Positions 54,111-64,000 of a DNA stretch of 64,000 nt are shown in pieces. Numbering within the stretch: position 1 is the first letter of the stretch; each line of letters opens with the position of its first letter. The stretch is from Camelus ferus (Eukaryota). The DNA lies in the NCBI RefSeq assembly GCF_009834535.1, contig NC_045696.1, positions 38,194,001 to 38,258,000 of the forward strand. Reading direction: 5' to 3'. A program made the translations under genes and the position numbers. A model generated the notes under the pieces. It worked only from the letters and a program-made list of their open reading frames with translations, ran no database searches and was not told the origin of the DNA.

Positions 54111-55460
54111 GAGAGAAGCAAGATGGCGGATTAGAAGGACACTTGTAGCTCACCCTCTCCCACAAATACACCAAAACTCACATCTACGGACCTACTCAAC
54201 CAACCAGAGCACCTGCCAAACTCCGACAGAACATCGCCCTCTTTGAAAGACAAAGACGCCAAATATCTGGTAGGAGAAAAGGGAAAAAGAAAGAAGAAAA
54301 AGCAAAACGGTGCGGGACCGGTCCCTGTGGGGAGAGAGCAGCAGAGGAGGACTGGAGCTCATTCACTGGGTCTCCCCCCTCCAATGGAGAGGCCAGTGGG
54401 ACAGAGGGGGAGCCTCTGAGGCTCAGATCTGCCCCGAGCACCCCTTGACCGACAGAACTGAGTTAAATGGGCACAAAGGGTCCCCGTGACACCCAGCGCA
54501 AGACTCGAGCCAGCAGCTGGGGGCTGGGCCAGGCTGCCTGAGCTAGGCGGAGGACTAGGGGGGCTGTACTGAGGCAGCCCCGGGGGACTGCAAGGTGCTG
54601 CACGCCGTGGCTGGGAGGGGATACGGACTGGAACAACCTTGGTCCCCCATAAATTGCAAAAAAAGCAAAGAAACATGGCTGGTGTGCCCTGTGGGGAGGG
54701 GTGCCATAGCCTTTGTCTCCTCAGGCCTGCGCCGCCATTACTGGCTCTTCTCCTGAGAAGAGAGGCGGGGCGCAGCCACAGCTGCCATCTCCTCCAGTGC
54801 GCAGCGCCCAGGCGGGGGCAGGGCCGAGACCTGAACCCGAACCCTGAGGCTCTGGAACCTCCTAGTCAGGACTGAGACTTGTTTACAGCCTGAGGCAGAT
54901 AGGATCTTTCTGCCCTGGTACCTCAGAGAACTTGTGCTGCCAAGACAAACAAGGAGCTGAGAGTTGGCATGAAGCAGGGGCGGGGCCGTTCTGTGGTCTT
55001 CCCTGAGCCCGCCTTTGGAGCGCTGACTGGAGGCAGAGCAGGCAGCTGCACAGAGCAGCGGAACTACGGGCTCCAGGAGAGGGCGGGTAGACACCCGCCT
55101 TGTGGCAGGAACGCAGCACCTGACCACCGTGCTGGGAAGGGGCAGGATCCGCCCACCTGCCTCCCCACCCCCCCAGAGTGCAGCATCTGACTGCAGCAGT
55201 AGGAGGGGGAGTGACCCGCCTGCCCACCGGGTAAGAGCTCAGCTCCAGACCCAGTATTAGGAGGGGGCGTGACTTGCTAGCCAATAGCCACTGGGAGCAG
55301 CACAGACGAGGGCGCCAACAGAGGGCCTCTGGAAACAGCAAGCTGAGTTCGTGAAACAGGGCAAAGACACAAAGACCTCTCAATAAGAGCGTTAAGGGCA
55401 CACCATCTCCAGGAGAACTAGATAACTGATAAGCCACAGTGCCAGAGAGATATAAGCAAT
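54111..55460 (+). promoter_or_regulatory. L1 5'UTR internal promoter (only CpG-rich segment in the window), with YY1-type motif
   Basis: AAGATGGCG lies about 10 nt from the 5' end, as in mammalian L1 promoters. GC and CpG content are high relative to the flanks. Confidence 0.75.
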
Positions 55461-56354
55461 ATGAAGAAGCAGAGGAACCACTCCCAATTAAAAGATCAAG
55501 AGAAATCCCCTGAAAGCACAATCAAGGAAATAGACATTGATGGCCTACTAGATCAAGATTTCAAAAGACTGATCAAAGTACTGAAGGAACTAAAAGAGAT
55601 AATGTTTAGAGATATAAAATATGTCAAAAATGAAATAGAAGCTATAAAGAAGAACCAAGTAAAATTAGTAAACTCATTTGCTGAGATGAGAGCTGACCTA
55701 AAAGCTGTGCAGAGCAGACTAGATAATGCAGAGGAACGAATAAGTGACCTAGAAGACAGGACAACAGAGAGCACCCAATCAGAACAACAATGAAAAACAA
55801 ATGAAAAACAATGAAAACAATGTAAGGGACCTATGGGATAATAAAAAGCATGCCAATCTACACATAATAGGGGTTCCAGAATGAGAAGAAAGAACAAAGG
55901 GGATTGAAAAGGTATTGGAAGAAATTATGACTGAAAAGTTCCCAAACCTAAAGAAGGAATCAGATATACAAGTACAGGAGGCTCAGAGGGTCCCAAACAG
56001 GAAGAACCCAAACAGACCCACACCAAGACATATCATAATCAAGATGGCCAGAGTCAAGGATAAAGAAATGATCCTAAAGGCAGAAAGGGAAAAACAAAGA
56101 GTGAGTTACAAGGGACCCCCCCCCCCCCATAAGGCTCTCAGCTGTTTTCTCTACAAATACTACAGGCCAGAAGGGACTGACAAGATAAATTCAAAGTCCT
56201 GAATGAAAAAAAGATGCAGCTTAGGATACTCTATCCAGCAAGGCTATCCTTTAAAATAGAAGGAGAGATAAAGAACTTCACAGATAAGCAAAAAGAATAA
56301 GAGTTTAGCAACACTAAACCCATGCTAAAAGAAATATTAACAGGTCTACTCTAA
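55461..56354 (+). pseudogene. L1 ORF1p, disrupted by stops and frameshifts
   Basis: MKKQRNHSQLKDQEK...RLDNAEERISDLED (coiled coil), then EEIMTEKFPNL..IQVQEAQRVPNRKNPNRPTPRHIIIKM (RRM region). Stop at 55791-55793, poly-C slip near 56116, terminal TAA at 56352-56354. Confidence 0.92.
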
Positions 56355-56497
56355 ATAGAAAAGAAGCAGGATACTACAAAAATGAGAAACTCATAACTGG
56401 AAAGGAGATAACTGTCATGAATTGCAAAAAGAATAAACACAAAATTGTAAAAGAAGACATCTAAATTATTAAGAGTGGGAGAGGGAAGCAAGGAAAG

Positions 56498-56868
56498 CCA
56501 CTGTGGAAAACAGTATGGAGATTCCTCAAAAGACTAGGAATAGACTTACCATATGACCCAGGAATGCTACTCCTGGGCATATATCCAGAAGGAACCCTAC
56601 TTCAAAATGACACCTGCACCCCAATGTTCATAGCAGCACTATTTACCATAGCCAAGACATGGAAGCAGCCTAAGATGTCCATCAACAGCTGACTGGATAA
56701 AGAAGATGTGGTATATTTATACAATGGAATACTATTCAGCCACAAAACCCGACAACCTAACACCATTTGCAACAACATGGATGTTCCTGGAGAATGTCAT
56801 TCTAAGTGAAGTAAGCCAGAAAGAGAAAGAAAAATACCATATGAGATCACTTATATGAGGAATCTAAA
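56498..56868 (+). pseudogene. L1 ORF2p C-terminal fragment only
   Basis: [71 protein letters not shown]... Confidence 0.9.
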
Positions 56869-58039
56869 AAAAAGCTAAACCAAAACAAAACATAAATACA
56901 AAACAGAAACAGACTCATAAACATAGAATACAAACTTGTGGTTGCCAAGGGGGCGGGGAGTGGGAAGGGACAGACTAAGGTTTTAAAATGCAGAATAGAT
57001 AAACAAGATTATACTATATAGCACAGGGAAATATATACAAGATCTTATGGTAGCTCACAGAGAAAAAAATGTGACAATGAATATATGTATGTTCACGTAT
57101 AACTGAAAAATTGTACTCTACACTGGAATTTGACACAACATTGTAAAATGACTATAACTCAATAAAAAATGTTAAAAAAATTATATGTGAAAGTTTATCA
57201 AGTAGAGAATTCCATGCAATATAACACTTTTCAGCAATAAAAAGGAACTGAGTATTCTGTTGTGTGTATTGATATATACAGTAACATATATGAATCTCAA
57301 ATGGATTATGCTATGTAAGAGAAACTAGGCTCACAAGACTTCATGTTGTATAATTTCATTCATGTAACATTTGGGGAACGGCAAAACCATAGAGACAGAA
57401 TTCACATTAGTAGTTGCCAGTTGTTGGGACAGAGAAGGAATTCGCCATAAAGAATCACAAAGGAAATTTTGGTGGTGATAGATGTATTCTGTAGCTTGAC
57501 TGTAATGGCTGTTACATGGATGTAGGAGCTGACCACAATTCCTAGAAATGTGCATTTAAAAAGGCTGAATTTTAAATTATACCTCAATAAATCTAACTTA
57601 AGAAATATAAAAGGGGAACCTATAGATTGAAAAAAATACTTAAAAACAAGACCTCACTATAATGTGTGGGATTTATTTGGATCTTGATTTTCTGTTAAAA
57701 TAAGTTGAGATCATGGGAATATTAAGCACTGATGGGTATTTGATTACATTAAATAATACATACTATTTATAGTAATGAATTAAGATATTTTAATTATATT
57801 TAAAAAGAGTATGTTAGATATACATGCTAAAACTTTTACATATCAAATGATATGATTACTAGAATTTACTTCAAAGAAATCTCACAGTGAAAGAGTAACA
57901 TGTATAGATGAAATAAGATTGGCTATAGTTGGTAATTACTAAAGCAGGGTGATTAGTATATGAGGTTTCATTGTACTGTTATCTCCACATTTTAAAATAT
58001 TTTTGAGAGAGAATTTTCCATAATAAAAATTAAATAATT

Positions 58040-58330
58040 ATGGCTCAGTTTTACAAATATATGCTTGGTGAATAGATTTTAACAGTATTGAAGGAATATT
58101 CTACAATGAGTAAGAATTTATTGCAGAAATTTAAGCATGGTTTAATGATTAAAAATCAATAAAATGTATCACAGGGATTCCAATAAGAAGAAAACACAGA
58201 ATCCTTACAATAGATGCTAAATGGCAGATGGCAAATAACATACTCCCAATGGCATTTTTAAAAAACTATTAAAAAAAAAAAAAAACCTGCACTTCCTTAA
58301 CCAAATGAAGGACTAAAACTCATGGTAAGA
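58040..58330 (+). mobile_element. Ancient L1M ORF2 (RT region) fragment
   Basis: gaatttattgcagaaatttaagcatggtttaat..aaaatcaataaaatgtatcac..caatagatgctaaa resembles the [22 protein letters not shown] coding region. Confidence 0.5.
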
Positions 58331-59069
58331 TATCAAAGCATTGTTTCTCAGAGGTCCATGACCTTACTGGCATCTGGGAGACGTGGAGGTAGTAGTTAAA
58401 ATAAAGATCTTCTGAATCATGGGCACTACATATTAACCTGCCAGAAGCACTACACCTCAAGTTGATCACCATTTAGCTCTATAGTCTCATTGATGTCCTC
58501 CTAGTTCCTCCAAATAATCTCCACTCCTGCTCCCTACTCCAGCAACTGAGGACTGGCTTAGTCATAGCTCAGTTAAGTTATAGAAAGTATTTTAAAATAA
58601 GTTTTTTCTTATCACATCTTTTTGAAGACCTCCTCATCTTAGGCCAGCCCAAATTGCATTTCCTTTGTGAAATATTCCCAGACTTGCCCTATCAGCCTTA
58701 GCCTAACTTAATTGCTGAGCTATTATATATAGTCTTTTAGAATTTAAGAGAAATGTTCTGATCATTTGTTTATATGTCTCTTCAACCAGTTTATGAATTA
58801 CTTTTGGTTAGGAAAAAAGATGCATGGTTTTTATTTTTGCTTTTGCCTCCCTTAGCAGTAAGTATACTAGTGCATACAATGATAATGTAATCTATGCTTT
58901 AAAGATAGTAGGTTTATTCAAAATGTGTTTTTTTTTTAAATTCTTTTCCAAGCATGTATAAGGGTATTTAATAACACAGAAAGAAAATAAAGAAGCCTGC
59001 TTTAATAGTTTCTCTTCCTTTAATGTGATATAAAAAGACTATATATGAAAATGGCAGAGAAAGCCATGA

Positions 59070-59465
59070 TGGTTATTTCATGGTTGGTTTGCAAACTGGC
59101 CCTGTACTCCTGGAAGGCAAGGAGAGTCTGAACAAAGAGGCAGATAACTCCAGATTGGAGGTTGGTAGGTACGGGAACTTACTTACCAAGCTGGTCTTGG
59201 GCAGCTGTAAGACGAATAGATCTCTGCACTTGCCCTTTAGAATCTTGAAGTTTATATAGAGTTTATATAGCCTCAACTGAATCTGGGTTCATTCATATGT
59301 ATGTCCAGGTGGTCTCAACAGTGCGTTCCTCTCTCAAGGCTCTCTCCTTGGAACAGCTCCCGCTGTGGGAATGGTGGGCAGAGCATACATTCTAAGGACA
59401 GGGGAGGAGCTGGAGAGCCTCCCATTCATTGCTTAGGTCCGTTCGTGGGTCAACTGGTGGTTACA
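59070..59465 (-). mobile_element. Solo LTR, same family as 44157-44532
   Basis: Reverse complement begins tgtaaccaccagttgaccc and shares gggaggctc, cctgtcctt.gaatgta, tcttacagctgcccaagac and gccagtttgcaaaccaac. Confidence 0.75.
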
Positions 59466-59806
59466 TCCTCCTCATTACCTTCTCTAACATTCATCAGTTT
59501 TAAAAGTCAGCTGTTAAAAATGACTTTATTAAGTTTTATTATTCAATTATCCATTTTATTTAACATTGCTAAACACAAATTTCATATTTTAAACTTAATT
59601 TATAAGCACCTCATACATTTTAGAATTACTTAATATCATTATATGCTAATATTTCATGTAGTCAAATTTTAAAGTTAGTAATGCAACTTATTAAAGCTAA
59701 TGCAATGAATAATAATAAGGGAGTTAACATTAATGATTTAAATTACTGATACATTTTTACATTAATTGAGAAGTTCATGCAATTTTTTTAATTTATTTAA
59801 TTCCAG

Positions 59807-59871
59807 TTGTGTTGCTTGATACAACAACTGTGCTGGGAGAGCTGGGATGGAAAACATATCCATTAAATGGG
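59807..59871 (+). CDS. EPHA6: Ephrin type-A receptor 6, internal coding exon 2 (start of ligand-binding domain)
   Basis: Acceptor ttccag (59801-59806) and donor GGG|gtaagt (59872). The 65 bp (2 nt + 21 codons) translate to (V)VLLDTTTVLGELGWKTYPLNG, matching the EphA 'V.LLD....GELGW..YP..G' motif and my recollection of EPHA6. Too short to appear in the ORF track. Confidence 0.93.
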
Positions 59872-60489
59872 GTAAGTTTAAATATCTTTTTAAAATTGTC
59901 ATAGTTGTAGGTTAATTTTAGCATCTATTATAATAGTTAAAGGAACAGTGCATTTTTAGCTGTATTTAGTATGAATTTTAGCATATTACTTAAATCCCAC
60001 AGGAAATACTAAAATATAATTAGAACTGATAATCAATGGTATAAAAATTCTTTGCTTTCTTCTAAATTAATAATTCTTCCTTAATATATTGTTTATACAT
60101 AGTAGTATTAGAATAGCTCCCATATGAATATTTTCTTTAGAAATAAAATTTTACGCTCAAGATACTTTTCTTTGTATATATTTATTAAATTTGGTAACCT
60201 CAATTTGTGCATAAAAAAACTATAGATTGTTGTAAATAGATTTTACAGATACTAACAATTTGGTATTTATTAGAAAGTATGAATCTACCAAAGCAGTTTG
60301 TGTTTTTTGAACTTGGCAAAAAGATACATTATGATTAGCATTTTGTTAGCAGAATGTAGTTGCTTTTGAAAAGATTATAAAGATGTGTAATTTCCAAAGT
60401 ACACCATTTCAGGTATTAACATCATTTTACCTATGGTTATACTTGACTTTTTATATGTTTTGATATATTTTGTGTCATTTTCACATTAC

Positions 60490-61070
60490 AGTGTATTTCT
60501 ACATCTTTTTTTTTTTTTTCTCATTTCAAGCTAAACTTAAAAGGGTGGGTTGTGAAGCTTTTTAGTTTGCTTTTCTCTGTTTAAACAGAATCTTCAGTAA
60601 TGGAGTAGTCAACCTTTTCCAGATATACTTGGGTTAGCTTTCCTTCCTTTTCTTAGAAACTGTGTTTTTCTTATTCATCACATTCTTACTTGATATTGTT
60701 TTACATTGCTTTTTTCATTATCTCTACAAATTTAAATCTCAATGGAGAAGTTGACCCAAAATTTTTTTATTTTTTAGAATCATTCAAATATTGCTGTTTT
60801 AATTTGAAACAGAAATCAGAACTTTATATCAGAAATTATTCAATAGTTATCATTAAACATGTATATTTTCAACTGAAAGTTCCTATGAAGAGTTCAGTTC
60901 TTATGTCTTTGTTTAACAGGCCATTTGTTTCTTTAGATTTGTTTGTTTTATAGACTATGGTTTTATTTTTTCTGAAATTTTTGTTTTATTCTAATAGAGC
61001 TCTCCTCAAACCATTTCTGAAAATATACCTTTTAAACTAAGATTATGCTTTTCTTCATTATCTTATTTTC
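60490..61070 (-). mobile_element. Possible very old L1ME/HAL1 ORF1-region fragment
   Basis: T-rich strand bias and motifs such as tggagaagttg, aatattgctg and ctttatatcagaaattattcaatag. Confidence 0.3.
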
Positions 61071-62024
61071 ATTAAAATGAGTAAATATCAGTATCTGTTG
61101 AGCGTATTGAGAATGTCACATTTATCACAATTATTTTCAAAAAGTGAGTGAAACTTCTTTTTTGGAATGCCCTTCCGAGATAAATACACATGTCCTTTTC
61201 TCGATATACTAAGTAACTTACAACTAGTTAGGTAGTTTATAAGCCTCACTTTTTCATCTTCTGAAAAAAATGACAAAAAATATTAGTGATCATACTATCA
61301 CTGACCTTATGTAGTCATAGCCAAAGAATCATGTGAGGAACAGGAGTTGCACCCCTGCTCTAGTGATTGTGTTTGGTTTGATCAGACTGCATTTCCTAAA
61401 GCAAACTGGTAACTGGAGACACAGAGACTTAGAGAGTTACAAATAAACTTCATTGCTATCATACTTATAATGACTTTGTCATTGGTGTTATGAAACAGGG
61501 CATTTTTCTACTTGTGGTTTACTATAGAGAGAGGGAAGAATTGTCTGAAAAGTGATGCTTACTTACCTCATAGTTTTCCGTTTGCCAGACACTGCACTAA
61601 GAATTTTATACTTTATTTTCAAGATGGCTCTATGAAGTACGTCTTAATTCTTTTTCCCTGTTGGAGAAGCCCAGTCTTAAAGATGGCAAGGAACAAAAAA
61701 TGCCAAGAAGTTATAGGCCAAATAGTGAGTGATGGCCTCCAATTCAAACTAAATTATTTCTGACTCTAAAGCCCGGATACTTACGATGGAACTGCAAACA
61801 GAGAGAAGCATTGAAAACTTCCTGAAAGGTCAATTACTTATGTGTGATATTTGCATAATTGATTCAGATTTTTTTTCTCCCTTGTTAAACGTACTGCTGA
61901 ACTGAGATGTACATGTTGGGCACCAGCCCAAAAATGAGCAAGAGGAAAGAGAAAGAAGATGGGAAGGAGAGTACAGTAGAAAATAAATACAATAGAATAA
62001 GGTAGAAAATGAAAAGACAGTTAA

Positions 62025-62185
62025 AATTCATTGAGCGTTTACCATATGCTAGGCTTTGTTCAAAGCACTTTACTCACGTGAGTCCTAGAAATCAAGTATA
62101 ATTTTTCCCTATTGAAAGATGTGAAAATTGAGACCTGAGTATGTTAAATAACTTCAGTATAGTCGCAGAACTAGGAAGTGATGCA
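62025..62185 (-). mobile_element. MIR
   Basis: ttcattgagcgtttaccatatgctaggc..gatgtgaaaattgagacc..gttaaataactt..ctaggaagtg. Confidence 0.6.
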
Positions 62186-63464
62186 ACAAAACCTCTGAGC
62201 CATATATAGACTAATCTTCACAGGTAGGGGTGGTTATTTCACAGCTGTGCACTTTTTATTTCTTTTAAGATTCTGCCATGTAAAGATAAAGGGCAATGAC
62301 CAATAATATAGACTACAGAGAGAAAAATAGCACATGGATTCAGAAATTAAAGAGTAAATTGAATACTCAGTTACCTTGGAATATCACTGATAGAATAGGC
62401 TATATTACTTTTAGATTATTCCCCAAATAATAATGTATATATGGCACGTGTCGCCAGTAGGGATACTTGAAAATTGGAGTACATGGACATACTTTGTAAT
62501 AGATATGGACTAAGCTTTATGAATTAGATAAAACAAAGGTGAATCAAGGGAAATAATAAAATGGATAGATGACATGAGTAAATTTTAAAGAAAACATACA
62601 ACTTAAATTTTCTCTTTGAATGCAGAGGATAGATTACTGACAAGAATAGAGCTTTACTTAATGCTATTTATAGATAAAACAAGTAAGGAAATGGTAAGGA
62701 TGAAAAGCTTTGAAAGAAATCTACTAAAAATGGCAAGACTGAAAAGCATCCAGACATCATAATTGGTTAAATAATTTGAAATCTATAGAAGCTGTAAATC
62801 AGTTTATAACATTTAAACTACCATTTATGTCTGCATATTAAAATTATATCTATTTGAAATTTTCTAGCTTTTTGAGGGTCTCAGGTTTTTTGAGCCATGC
62901 TAATTTGAGTTTTAACTAAAGTTGCCTTTTCTCAGAGACACTACTTCAGTTGGTTTTACAAATATGTCATGGAGAGAAAAGACAACTAGGTGATATATTT
63001 GGCAATCTTATGATTTAAAGTATATTTGATATTTCTCTGACTAAAGTAGTTTCTATGAATAACTTTAAAATTGATAAATTTTCTTTATGTAAAGAATTGA
63101 ACTAATAGATATTTTTGAATCCATCTACTATATAAAATATATGATTTAATAAATTATTTCATAGTGGGTTTATTTTTTTTTTATTTTTTTTTAAACTTAA
63201 AATACCCATTCCACCAGTAATATCACACTGATGTAGTTACAGGAGTAGGCATTCATGATGTGCCTGTAAACAAAACCATTACTGGTTATTTAAGTGTAAC
63301 ATAAGTACCTATGGTTAGCAAATATGAGTAGTTTTGAGCAAATGATGTTTTAGTTTTGTAGAAATGAAAGGAAAATATATTTATTTTCTGAAATGCTTTC
63401 TTGTTAACTCATTTTTGCCAATGCAGAAAATACACTTTGTTTTTTTTAAGTCATGTCCAGAATT

Positions 63465-63990
63465 CAATTCAGTAAACTTTAATTTTACGTTCTTTGTGCC
63501 AAGTACTCTGTGAAAGTGTTCTAAGAGTTTTTTCCTACCCACAAGGAGTCTTGCAGTTTAGAGATAATTCTACACAATCATCAGACCAAAGAGAATGTCT
63601 TCAGGAAATTTTGAGTAATGTTTTGTGAAAGAATAATAATGAGAGGGGTCAGTTCTGTTCAAGGAAAAGTGGTAGTAGGATGTGATACATCAGCTCTTTC
63701 TTGTAAACTGAAGGAATCACATATGGGCTGGAAGAGAGGATAGAAAGCACCTGTTAGGCAAAGAGAATGGCTTGAGGACAGGCACAGAATTTTTAAATGT
63801 GTGCATTAAGTTTTAGGAATGTTGAGAATCATTTGTGTGGCTAGAGTGAAGGGCGGTGGTGGGAAATAAGGCTATGACCATAGACTAAGCTGTATTGTAG
63901 AAGACTTAGAATTTCAATGTCTTAGTTGATTTAGATAGTGTATAGCTCAGCCCCAGTAAGTAGAAGTAAAGTTAAAAACTTTCCAGATTT
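63465..63990 (-). mobile_element. L2 fragment
   Basis: attcagtaaactttaatt..tttgtgccaagtactctg..gtgtggctagagtgaaggg..gtagaagacttagaattt. Confidence 0.6.
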
Positions 63991-64000
63991 ACTTAAACAC

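Larger units (their letters stand above)
54111..57180 (+). mobile_element. ORF1-only LINE-1 derivative (HAL1-like / internally deleted L1) with complete 5' and 3' ends
   Basis: 5' end has caagatggcgg (54119-54129) and a GC-rich 5'UTR to 55460. ORF1 at 55461-56354, a spacer, then an abrupt jump at ~56498 into the ORF2 C-terminus. 3'UTR with AATAAA at 57161 and A-tail. Probable TSD aaaaatttat (54101-54110) / aaaaaattat (57175-57184). Confidence 0.9.
53825..57605 (+). mobile_element. Older L1 (L1MB/MC-like) 3' end, split by the 54111-57180 insertion (pieces ~53825-54110 and ~57181-57605)
   Basis: cattaggaaacaaattaaaataactatgagatac...ggtgaggatgtggagcaactggaa before the insertion; cagcaataaaaaggaac...ttagtagttgccag...tacctcaataaatc after it. 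Confidence 0.75.
53115..58035. mobile_element. L1MC4/5-like 3' region with 5' inversion (minus ~53115-53602; plus ~53610-53800 and ~57610-58035), interrupted by two nested L1s
   Basis: Recalled L1MC4-type motifs: gttggctcctgaatccttttgacatgac (minus); tcaagccactgaatatatctaccaatttaaagaaaatacag and gggaacctatagatt...tttatttggatcttgatt...ttttccataataaaa (plus). Confidence 0.65.
1..59806 (+). other. EPHA6: EPHA6 intron 1 (3' portion; exon 1 presumably upstream of the window)
   Basis: No signal-peptide exon or host CpG island is seen upstream of exon 2. The sequence is AT-rich and repeat-laden. Confidence 0.75.

Noticed and set aside
54883..55521. 212-aa antisense ORF and other overlapping ORFs at 54196-55190
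   Set aside because: They lie in the GC-rich L1 5'UTR where stop codons are rare, and I recognise no protein similarity. There is no support for an ORF0-like product.
44157..59465. The two related LTRs as ends of one 15-kb provirus
   Set aside because: They are in opposite orientation and clearly diverged, with no shared TSD and no retroviral internal sequence between them.

Overview
AT-rich mammalian genomic DNA, not prokaryotic, so nearly all listed ORFs are noise or transposon debris. The only host coding sequence I can support is a 65-bp + strand exon at 59807-59871 encoding (V)VLLDTTTVLGELGWKTYPLNG, which I recognise as EPHA6 exon 2. The window is therefore most of EPHA6 intron 1, exon 2 and the start of intron 2. 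The L1 3' ends look cetartiodactyl, and I see no ruminant, pig or whale SINEs, so a camelid is likely (inference). The intron holds L1, L2, MIR, MLT1, ERVL-type LTRs, hAT MITEs and microsatellites. Two non-autonomous retroelements apparently mobilised by L1 machinery stand out. (1) A 1.5-kb ERV RNA retrocopy at 11538-13073 has mRNA rather than provirus structure: R-U5-PBS(Lys)-short internal with env-tail remnant-PPT-U3-R-poly(A), with a 10-11 bp TSD at a TTTT/AAAA site. (2) A 3.07-kb ORF1-only 'half-L1' at 54111-57180 has a full 5'UTR, lacks almost all of ORF2, and sits in a three-level L1 nest 2.6 kb upstream of exon 2. Repeat subfamily names come from my recall of consensus sequences, and boundaries of old repeats are approximate.
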